The translations under genes were made by a program, and so were the position numbers. From the human T2T-CHM13v2.0 reference genome, Homo sapiens, in NCBI RefSeq assembly GCF_009914755.1, contig NC_060947.1: a stretch of 64,000 nucleotides of DNA, one strand, 5' to 3'. The first letter of the stretch is position 1; every line of letters starts with the position of its first letter. A model generated the notes under the pieces. It was not told the DNA's origin. It saw nothing but the letters and a program-made list of their open reading frames with translations, and searched no databases. Below are positions 12,441 to 22,544 of the stretch, one piece after another.

Positions 12441-14593
12441 GGAAAATAATGTCAGGAAGCTTTGATGAGGTTGGGGGACCTTCCCTTTATTTTTGCCCCC
12501 TTAATTTTCTCAAGAGATTAAGCATGAGCCATGAAGTCAAATAAAGTTTACAAATTTCATGAATATTTTAAGGTTAGAAATACTGTTTAACTTAAGATGA
12601 TTTCTCTTTTTTCATCTTAAAATTTTTCTTTGGGGGATATAAGTTCCATGGGCTTTGATGAGGGTGAGGATAACTTCCTTTTAGAAGCTGTTTCTTTTTT
12701 TTTCTTAAAATAATTTTCAGAGGAGAGATAAATTTCATTATCTGGGGTCACTGTCCCTTTCTTTTCGTTTTTAAAATTCATAAATTTGTTTTTATTATTT
12801 TGAGAATGAGCTCTATTTGCTTTGGTGAGGGTGGGGCATCTCCCTTTAGAATGGCTGCTTGCTTGCTTTTTTTTTTTTCCTTTAAAATTATTTTTTTTCC
12901 ACTGAAAGAATTACAGTGGGTGGGCTTTGGAAAGGTCGGGCACCCTATCCTTAGCAGGATTTCAATTTATTTCCTTTACAAAACACACACGCACCAACAA
13001 AAAAGGTCTTTGTGAGTAATCGGTTCAGGGTCTCTGCCTCTTCTCGTTTCTTCTCTGGCTCCTCTTCTATGCTGGCCCCCTCTGGGAGCATCAGAAGTGG
13101 AGCAGCAACCACCGCTTTGGAAAAAAATTCAGAGCTGATGAAATGTCAGCTAAAAGACTGTTCTTAGACAAATGAGGATCCTATGTATCACAAAAGGCCA
13201 TATGTCAGATTTTTAAAAAAATCTACAATAGAAAATTCAATCATTACATCCTATAAGCTGTCAAGTTTTATTTTTGCCCTCCCCCACCTGCTGCCTTGTT
13301 CAAGGAAATAAAAGGGTTAATAATGCAGAGGCAAGCACTCTGTAAACTGTAAAGTGCCACAGGAGCAGAAGGAACTATATAATCCTTATTAGAATACCCC
13401 TGAATGGTTTCCTGGTTTCTATGGATATTTTTTTCTTTTTCTTTTTTCTTTTTTTTTTTTTTTTTTTTTTTGCCTTTCCTTGGAGGCACTTTCCCTTTGG
13501 GCTGCAGATCTGCAGAAGCCCTAGTCGGAGATTTTAATAAGTGCATAAGAATTGTACTCTGAGAAACTAAAGACCACTGACCAATACTTCATTATCTTTT
13601 CTAGAACACCCTGTAGTGACTGCTTAGGAACTATTAGAATACACCAAATAAATCAGATGGTATCATCAAAGCTTGGCAAGGAGGGGGGAAAAACTGAAGA
13701 GAAAAGAAAGTAATTTCATTCTGACCTTCAACAGGTTAAACATCTGAATCTATAATCCCAAATCTGTTTACAGTCACTGCAGATACTCTGTTCACTTAGG
13801 AAAAAAATTTATTATCCCCTGAAGCTAACAATATCATTATTAGTCTGCTGCTGCTGGGACTGCATGGGATAAGGACACTTTCCAAGCCATTAATAAAAAT
13901 TGTTAGTAATTTGCTTCTTAATTATAGTTCCAATAACCACTCTGAAAATGGAAAGATTGACTGTATTTCCTTAAGGGCTATATATTCCATGCCATTTAAA
14001 TAAGTATTTACTTCTCACTCTGAAACCAATGAGAACAAATTTTTATTCATTCACAGCAGCAGCCTCTACATTGCTGGAAATGGATAGTTTTCAAGCTTCA
14101 GCAAGTGTTTATTAAGCAAAATCAAGGAGGGCTGCATTGAACTAGGCACTGAGAAAGGCCACCCCTATTTTTGAGAAGCTCAGAAATCACTAATAAAATA
14201 TTGATAGGAATCACCAGATATCATATAAACAAATGCTTGCTATTTTGCAAGAAAATGTACAAAAATATCAGTTTTGTGCATAAAAGCTGTCCTGATATGG
14301 TTTGAGGATAATGGTTATTACTGTGCAGTCATCAGGAGGGATACACAGACCCCTTTTATCTCCCCCAAAAGCCATGAAAGTGTATCTCCCCTCAGATTTT
14401 CATCAATCATTTGTATGATGTGATTTTCATTTCATAGCTGGTCAAAACCCAATGAATAAACAAAATTTTGTCTTTCTTCAAGCACAGCTGATGAGAGAGA
14501 AAGAAACATGGTCTACTTCATATAAGCCCCATCCCTCCCCCAAGAGAGTTATAGCATTGCTAAAGAACCAATTCACACATCCTTACTTACACT

Positions 14594-14615
14594 TGCTGCC
14601 ACCAGGTGGGAGACC
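14594..14615. promoter_or_regulatory. Candidate CTCF site
   Basis: Plus strand TGCCACCAGGTGGGAG and minus strand CCCACCTGGTGGCAGCA are each one mismatch from CCASYAGRKGGCRS. Confidence 0.5.
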
Positions 14616-16287
14616 ATGGCTCATTTCCTGGGAATTGAAACATTTTAGAAAGGAAAGAAATAGACATGTTTGGTTCACAGACTGACTGTGTTATCCTGGT
14701 AGCTATTTGAAAAGAAAACATGAGCCCCCTTTTCTCAGTCAATTGCAGGTTCTGAAACTTTCCTGAAATTCCAAAAAAGAGCAGACTACAAGGCTGAAAG
14801 ATGTTGGTTTTTTGCTACAATACCAGTCAACAAAATTATCTGGGAGAAACTTGCAGTCATATTCAAACACTTGGTTTTGCTCATTTCATCCTTTGAATTA
14901 TCAGGATAGTTTCATGCTTGCTATGGAGGATTTCATTGCATGATGAGACCTGTATTTTGTTTTGTTCCCTGACATTTTGGGCACATATGTATAGTATGTG
15001 TGTGTGTTAGGGGTGTGTGCACGCCTGTGCGTGTTGCACAGTTTTTTCCCCCCAAGCTTGCCTCGAGGAGGCAGTGTTTGAAAACAACATCACCCCAGCT
15101 AAGATGACAACCTGTTTGCCTTGAATGTTAAGATACAAGCCAGCTGGTTGCAGGTGCCATTTGTCTGAGGAAGATGCAGGAGAGAATGATCCTATCACTG
15201 AAGATCAGATGTTCCCAGCTGCACCAGAGAGCAATTGCATAGCAACATTGAGGGTGTTGTAAAAGGGTTTGGCTCCAAGCAATTTAATTTGAGCACGTAC
15301 CTAGATCCTTTACATCCTTCAAAATTCTCCAGAGCCACTGATTAGTTAATCTGCATGGCCTTCTTAACGGATGGTCGTGGTTCTTAACCCCATTCTACAG
15401 ATAAGTGATTCAACAAATGTCTGGCTCTACTAAGGGCAAAGTCAAACCCCTGGGATCCTGGTCTCCTGCCAGTGTTGCCAGATGTCTGTGGGTCAGCTAG
15501 CCAGCACGTCTGAGTGGGCACTACGTAGAGGAAACTAATCTGATTCCCCTTACCTTAATCTTCCTCATCTGTCTGGCAATGACATTTTCCTGTCAAACAG
15601 GTAGGAGATGCTTTCGCATGGGAGCAGGGGATGCTTTTCACTGGGGGAAGGGTCCTGGTCGCCAGTCAGCCTTTCAGAGGCCAAAGGGGAGATGCATTCT
15701 CTGGGTATTACGTCCCCACGTGTCAGTTTCACAGCCATGTTCCCAAAATTTCGCTTAAGATGGCCACAGGTCAGGTGATTCCTGCTTGTCTCTTTCCCAC
15801 CAGCTTAATGCAAACTCTTCCAAAAAGACAAGATCAATCACCCGGTGAGGGTGAGCTCCCAAATCTAGCCACCCCAACTTTGCCCTTCTTAAGATCACTG
15901 CAGGAAAGGGTATTTTCAGGAAGGGGAGGGATACATCCCCTGGTGAGAGCTAGGGTGTTGAATTTTTAAAAACTTATCAGAGTCTCCCACCGTCATGTTT
16001 TATTTATTTTTAAACCTCTGCACTTTCTTTTCTCTGTGAAACTTTTCATTTTAGCCTTCTTTTTCAGTTATTCGTCATTGCAGATATTTTGCAAACTCAA
16101 GCCTCCCTACTAAGAACTCAGGAAGCAACCAATGCTTCCATTTCGTGATGCCAATCTGCCCCCTCCCCTCCCGCATTCTACATTCTATAAGTGTGCGGTC
16201 CACAGCAGAAGGGTTCCTGAGCCGTGTCCTTATGGTCTGCTAGGCAGCAGGATGGACCGGTATTGTTCGTGTGTTGTGTTATTCGTT

Positions 16288-16328
16288 TGTGTGTGTGTGT
16301 GTGTGTGTGTGAATGCGCGCGCGTGTGT
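16288..16328. repeat. (TG)n plus (CG)n alternating tract
   Basis: (tg)11 then gcgcgcgcgtgtgt. Confidence 0.9.
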
Positions 16329-17463
16329 ATGTCTTCCTGCAGGGGAAGCTAAATTGAGGTGTGTGTGTGCATTATCCTGGTTTTCAGTTTTGTGGAACGA
16401 AGTTTAGGGTAAAGGAAGAGTAGGGAGAGTGCAGAGAAAGCAGGAAAGACAGGCATACTCCCGCTTAAGAGCAGACGGGGTTTCAGGGTCCAAGGTAAAC
16501 ACGAAAACCTTTTTCCTCCCTACTCCCCTTGGGCGAGTGCCAGAAGATTCTCCACTCATCTTTTCCCGGCTAAGTGTAACGATTTAGAAGGCGTCGCGGT
16601 AGACTGGTAGAGATGAAGGTTCCCCTTCACACGTTCTGCAATCCCAACTCCTATTTTCGTGTCTCTAAACCAGGACTCCTGTACCATTCCAATTGGCCCT
16701 GGTGCGGGATGCCAGTTGCCCCGTTTGTGACGCTGCGCAACATTGTATCACTGCGTTTGCACCTACCTGCTGGGAAATCCTGCAGACAGATGGAATGGTG
16801 GCTTCGACACACGCATGCTCTCCCCCTCCTCCCGGAGAACCCTGCCCTTCCCCTGCAGTGCGCGTGGGCGCCGCCCATCCCCTCGTCCTCACCAGGAGTA
16901 CCAGCTCGAAGCAGCCGGCAGAGGCGCCGGGCACCTCCCTGGAGGGCCGCCAGTTGCGCCCAGCTGAGGCGCCCCCTCCCCAGTGGCAGGGAGGGGGCCA
17001 AGCAGGCGAAGGCTCCGCAGCTTGGGCCTCTGCGGCAGTGACCGCGGCTAAGAGGTGTGTCCCACCGCCCCCACTCAATCCGTCCGCTATGTATTCGGGG
17101 CCAGCCCCAAACACTTCTCCAGGTCTCTTGCGCTCCCCGAGGGTATCTTCCTCCTCTCTTTCAAGATATTGGCGCTCACCGCACTGTCGCTTCTCTTCAA
17201 GGGGAAAACTGCTCCGATTCCCACCCCCTGCTGTCACCCCCGTTTCTAGCCCCAAACAGCCCATTCTCGATTCCCACATGTTGCTTCCCGCCTCCCAACC
17301 CCTTCCCATTCCCCCGGGTTCCCCATCCCTGCATCTTTCTCAGCATCTTGGCCAGCCAGTGCCAGACAAGCGGGATGCAAGGGGTACCCGGAGTCCCGCG
17401 GGCTCCATAGCCATCTGACTTCGCCTTGCTTCTTTTCCCCGCTTCAGGGGGTCTTTTGCTTAC

Positions 17464-18108
17464 CTTTATTCTGGACCACGACATTGGCGTTCTGGGCGAT
17501 GGCGATGGCGATGGCGATGGCGAGGTCTTTAGACCTCTCTCTCGAGTGTCCACCGGACATTGCAATAGACATGGTGCTGGACTTGGACGGAACTCTGGAG
17601 CCGCCTCAGGGCAGAACTCTGGGGCCAGCTCTGTCACAGGTTCTGGGGTCGGCTCTGGGGCCAGCTCTGGGGCAACTTCTGGAGTCAGCTCTGGGGCCGG
17701 CTCTGGGACCGACTCTAGGGCAGGTTCTGGAGTCGGCTCTGGGGCAGACTCTGTGGCAGGTTCTGGGGCCGGTTCTGGGGCCGGCTCTGTGGCAGGTTCT
17801 GGGGCCGGCTCTGTGGCAGGTTCTGGGGCCGGTTCTGAGGCCGGCTCTGTGGCTGGTTCTGGGGTCGGTTCTGTGTACAGTTCTGTGGCTGATTCTGAGG
17901 TCGCCTCTGGACAGGGACCTGGAGCAAGCTCTGGACAGGGCTCTGGTATGGGTTCTGGCGAAGCCTCGGAGAGCAGCGGCGGAGCCGGCGGCGGAGCCGG
18001 TGGTGGTGGCGGCGGCGGCCAAGGCGGCGGAGGCTCTGGAGACTCAGCGGGCTGCTCTCCATCCTGAGGCGGGGCAGTGCCCTGGGCTGCGGCAGCTCCG
18101 CGGTCCAT
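17464..18108 (-). CDS. DGKK: DGKK coding exon 1 (diacylglycerol kinase kappa N-terminus, aa 1-215; partial CDS, downstream exons lie left of the window)
   Basis: Translation MDRGAAAAQGTAPPQDGEQPAESPEPPPPW...EPAP repeats...SPSPSPSPRTPMSWSRIK matches my recollection of the human DGKK N-terminus. ATG (18108-18106) in strong Kozak context gcggccATGG. Exon ends AAG|GTAAGC (GT at 17463-17462) after exactly 645 nt, phase 0. Confidence 0.95.
17495..17523 (-). repeat. (GGCGAT)4-5 hexamer encoding SPSPSPSP
   Basis: ggcgatggcgatggcgatggcgatggcga seen directly. Confidence 0.9.
17570..17970 (-). repeat. 12-bp coding minisatellite (about 33 E-P-A-P-type units)
   Basis: Plus strand shows GGTTCTGGGGCC / GGCTCTGTGGCA variants with TCT recurring every 12 nt; encodes EPAP/EPAT/EPTP. 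Confidence 0.95.
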
Positions 18109-18560
18109 GGCCGCACACCGCTTCAGGTCTGGGCAGCCTGAGTCCCTAAGCCTGGAAGGCTAAAGTACCCTCGGGCGCCCCGCCCACTCCAGTCCGGCAG
18201 CCCCTCGCAGGGTGCCAAACTTTCCCCCATCCCACTCCATGGCTGGCTTGGCTCTGAGGTCTAACCCGTGGGCGCTCAGCGTCTCCCTATGCTGGAACAC
18301 GCCCCTCAGTGTGCGCACACCTCTTCGTAAGCAGCCACGGGTCCGATGGGCGGGAAGCAGAGGGGCTTGCGAACGCGGACTGGGCAGAGCGCTTGATGAC
18401 CTCCTAGCGACGCGCGGGAGGGGAGGGGAGAGACAAAAAGGGGAGGGGGAGTGGAGCGGCGTGGAGGTTGGGGGGCGGGCTGGAGCCTTGCCGTGTTTAA
18501 CCCTTTAGTGACACGAATGAAAAAAAAAAGCCAGAGGCGAAGTTGAGGGTCTTTGCAATC
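18109..18560 (-). promoter_or_regulatory. DGKK 5'UTR and proximal promoter with Sp/KLF GC boxes
   Basis: CCCCGCCC at ~18178-18185 and GGGGCGGG at ~18472-18479, immediately 5' of the ATG inside the CpG island; TSS cannot be fixed from sequence. Confidence 0.7.
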
Positions 18561-19089
18561 CCCCAACCACTTAGCTGCTGGTCAGAATAGCTTCCATCCT
18601 GTGTCTGCTCTCTCACCTCAGCAGCAGGTGAGCTTAGCCTCGGACCAACCTCTTGCCCCCCATCTCCAAGCCTCGATGGGCAAGTAATGCTTTTTATCTA
18701 AGCCGGGAAAAGAAATTAAGCGGCATGGTGTGTGTGTGGTGGGGGGGGGGTGCGGGGGGGGCGGGTGTTCAGCCTCCTTTGGATTGAAGTACAATTTGAC
18801 CCTCTTCGGTTTTTTGCATTTCTGAGCTTTGCCGTTGGGTACAGAGTTTGAGGTGATTCGGGAAAGGAGTGTGATGAGGGAGGCTGGCGCCCCGGCTTTC
18901 CGCAGCCTGCAGCCTCCCCGAGAGCAAGTCGAGAGTGCCCCGGCAGCAGCTGGGCTTCGCGCTCGGGAGCTGAGGCTATCTGGGCGTCTGTCTGGCTCGC
19001 CTATGCTATAGGAGCCTGCCTTGTGCTTTTAGCTGGATTTCCCAGCCATCAGCAGGAGTTTGTTTTTCCGCCCCCCCCAAACTTGTTAA

Positions 19090-19144
19090 CGCGCGCGCGC
19101 GCGCGCGTGTGTGTGTGTGTCTGTGTGTGTGTGTGTGTGTGTGT
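19090..19144. repeat. (CG)9(TG)n microsatellite, Z-DNA prone
   Basis: cgcgcgcgcgcgcgcgcg followed by ~18 TG units with one interruption. Confidence 0.95.
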
Positions 19145-21734
19145 CTTGGGCTGGGGAAATTCACTGCAACACCCACACCCTTTTCACCTCCTGAAGCAGT
19201 CTGACATTAGAGATGGGAGATTCTCTTGGGAAGAGAACGACTGATGCCTAGCGCAGCACCTTTCCCACCACATCGGAAGACTTTAGAAGCTCTTTCTGTT
19301 ATAGTCACGTACACATACACACAAACCATCATCTTAGTCAGACCTAGACTTTAGACGCCAATATATTACCAATTGTAATTAAAATTTGAGAAGACTACCT
19401 GTTAAGCCACAGCTGGGTGGGGGGAGCGGACGGGGGAGAAATACCTGTAAACCTGATTTGAAATATGACAAGTGAATTTATCTCCCATACACATAATGCT
19501 GCAGTTGTGGGTAGCAGCCTTCTTTCTGCAGCCCCTTCTCTAGCCATCTACTCCCAGACCATATCCCCCACTATTCCCTCTTCTTTTGCCAACGGACACT
19601 GACCTAGCCAGAATTTTCTAGAATCTGCAACATCTTTCTGTTGCCTATACTATGTCTCAGCAATAAATAATACCATAAGAGCACAGTTTCACCTAAATCC
19701 CTCCAAAGACCAGAATCTCTGGTGAGGTCTGCATTTCCCAGATCCTCGCTGCAGCCTCACAGCCTAAGCCCACCTTTCCAGAGATGTGTTAACACTGCTT
19801 GGCAGCTACTAAGCTAGTGCAGGGACCGTCCTTAAACTCTGGGGATGGGAAGACCAGGAGAAGTGAGCCCTATCAATTCCCTCACGTGGCAGTCCTCCTT
19901 CCAGTAAATTCACCTTAGGAGCCCACTCTCTTCACCCTCCTTGGGCTTGTTCTCCTTTCCCCTATCCCACACTCAAGTAGCCAAGCCGCCTTTAACCCTA
20001 AGAGTTCAGGACTGAAATATACAGGTGCCAGATCTCATTATTGGATCTGGTGCATTAAAGTGCCAGATCTGACCAACCAGCAAGTCCAGGACTGGAGATC
20101 ACTTTTCTGGCTCTCACACCTTAATGGAATCCCTGTCCTTAGAAGGGGCAGATATCCCACATTTAAATTTTGCTTTTTACTAAACCCAACATGTAGTTAG
20201 AAGGGCTGAAGGCTGAGCAGTCACAGAGTAAGATGGCCTCTTGGGTTACAGATGGCCTCTTGGGGTTTGGCATAGACAGTGTATTGTCAAGCGAGATACC
20301 ACCAGGGGACAACTTGGAGTTACTGCTTTATGTATGTTTATTGAAACTCTTGTCTATAATTCTACACTCAATTATAATGAGGCCAACATTTATGATGTAG
20401 ACTCTTGCTACAAGGTCATTTTGAGATTGAATGCTAAAATAGTTGCTTGTACATGGCTTTTGCTCCATTAGGGTAGGTTACTGGAGATATACTGCCTGAA
20501 CTGCATTATGATTAGTTTTGAAGGTTTTAAAAAATTATTTTTCAGCCCATCATTAGCTACCTTATTGCCTCATATCATAGTAAGGGTTCTTTGTGTGTGT
20601 GTGTCGGGGGTTCCTTAGCCCAGCATTGAATACCATGCTTTACATTGGAGGCAGAGTAGAGGGATGGCCAGAATGGTTGATTGGTACCTGATTTGGGGAG
20701 GCACCTTTGCTGTAACTAAGCTACACCTTCCTCTTTCCCATAACCTGCTGGTTTCTTAATAAAGTTTTACTTAGATGCTTCTGTATTTTCCTCACAACCT
20801 AACCCAGGACTTGAGGTCATAGTCAGGATTCAGGAAATGTCTGTTAAGTGGATGATTCATTGTAGGTTACTGGTTAGGATGTATTTTTCTGCCTTGCTTT
20901 TCAGCACTATTTGATATTTCAAATGATTAATGATCTCCTAAGAGGCTCTCTTTTAATTAAACAATACAGATTTTTAAAAAGGCAAAGAGGTACATAAGAA
21001 TTTCTTTAACCAGACATATCTGGAATGATGACCGTATCCACAGAGGCTTGGATGAACATAGTTCTGGATGTCCCAGGGCAGAAATGGTCCTTAGCCTGGG
21101 ACTTTTGGGCATGTTATATAAGTTACCTGATTGGGCTGGATGAAGGATCGATCAGTACAATAGGCTCATATCTTTTGAATATGCAATGCACTACCTTACC
21201 CAACTGCCAGCATTTACTCTGATTCTACCCAGAATAAAGCTTATCCAAGCCAGCATGGAGCTCCTTCAATTTCAGCCGTGCTCAGAGTTCTGGAGAGGCA
21301 AAGGAGAGAAAAGCTGAGAAATGTGACAAAATTAAATCTCTTCTCCCTTCCTGTTTTCATTTCATTTTCATTATTGAATGAGAGAGTGGCACTGTATTGC
21401 TAGAGTGGAAGCCCTTCCCCCCTTGATCAGTAGCTTTAAATTCCCTAAGTCCTCCCTTTTAGAGCAATTTGGGAAGAAATCAGTGTCTCTCCCGAGTCTT
21501 AGCAGCTGCCAACCTCCCCTACTGTACTACCTCGGGATGTGCCAAGCCAAAATAGCAACCTTTATAATAATCTACTAAATAAAATAAGGAGATGGGATGA
21601 AGAACAGGCAGCATGTATGGAGAAGGTAGAGGATTCAGACTATTAATTTAGCTGGGATTAAAATGCAAACCTGTTAACCTTTACTCACTCTAGTCTCCTA
21701 GGATTAATTGATATAGGATTGGAGAGTTAAAAAG

Positions 21735-21975
21735 TTAATACCTTGCATTTGTATAATGCCTTTTTATTTCTAAAGTACTTTCACATATATTATCTCACTT
21801 CAGCCTCACAACAAATGTGTGAGGCAAGCAAATTCGGACTTCCATCACATACCCCTGTCCCCTACCCTTTAACAGATGAGAAAACACAAGTCCAGTGAGA
21901 CTAAGTGCCATGTCTTAGGTCACAGAGATAATTAGTGGTGGAACAGACATTTAGAACTTGTGTCACTCAATTTCC
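21735..21975 (-). mobile_element. MIR
   Basis: actttcacatatattatctcacttcagcctcacaac...acagatgagaaaac...aggtcacaga. Confidence 0.75.
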
Positions 21976-22544
21976 AGCTGAGGGAGACCAGAGCACAATA
22001 CTGAGGGCTGTGAGCTGGGGGCTGTGAGACAGGGTCTGTGTAAATCCTCTTCATAGCAGAGTGGGAAGGCTGCCTTAATGCCTTTTTCTTTCTTGAGCTT
22101 GTCAAAGGAGCAGAGGTTTCTCAGCTCTCACTCTTTCTGGACAGCAGTTAATGATCTGCAACCAAGCTCACTATAGGAGGTCCCTGTTTAGAGGAACATT
22201 TTTGAATATGTATGTAATATAATAATTCAACCAGGGTATACTCATTTTATTGGTTCTGTTTTTATGTTTTCTTGAAGTGAAGCACTCCACAGTTAAGCGG
22301 TATTTACTGCCAGTCTGTGGTGTATACAGCCCTATTAGGTGTCCTGGGGAAGGAGAAAGGGCAGAAATATTAGACGTGATCCTTCCCACAAGAATTATTA
22401 GAGCTTGGTGGTCAAGATAAGCCAAATACAGGTGAAAAGCAATCCAAACACAGATGCCAGTTTATGATCATGACACCACACTTTGTACTTTTCTGGGGGG
22501 CTGGGGGTGGGTGGGGACTAAGTGTGACAGAGCGGAAAGGAAAT

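Larger units (their letters stand above)
9735..12965. repeat. Ancient degenerate tandem array, ~23 units with ~80-150 bp spacing where uninterrupted
   Basis: Recurring core approx GGAGAATAAAGTTCATGGGCTTTGGTGAGGTTGGGGGCATCTCCCTTTAGGAGGATTT separated by T-rich linkers (clearest at 10075, 11121, 12441, 12633, 12801, 12907). Confidence 0.8.
1..17463 (-). other. DGKK: DGKK intron 1 (partial; continues left of the window)
   Basis: Follows the exon-1 donor. No PH-domain coding exon recognised in the ORF track within 1-17463. Confidence 0.85.
16570..19110. promoter_or_regulatory. CpG island spanning the DGKK promoter, exon 1 and start of intron 1
   Basis: Abrupt rise in GC and CpG density relative to the CpG-depleted flanks; boundaries estimated by eye. 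Confidence 0.85.

Noticed and set aside
9735-12965. Array interpreted as a CRISPR-like repeat-spacer locus or a miRNA cluster
   Set aside because: Mammalian intron, no cas-like ORFs, highly degenerate repeats and low-complexity T-run spacers; units lack ~60-80-nt fold-back stems
16613-17418. Overlapping 116-241-aa ORFs in the intronic part of the CpG island
   Set aside because: GC-rich, stop-poor sequence with no recognisable domain
17426-18116. Alternative-frame ORFs (GSGA-rich, PQNRP-rich, RAGP-rich)
   Set aside because: Shadow frames of the 12-bp EPAP repeat
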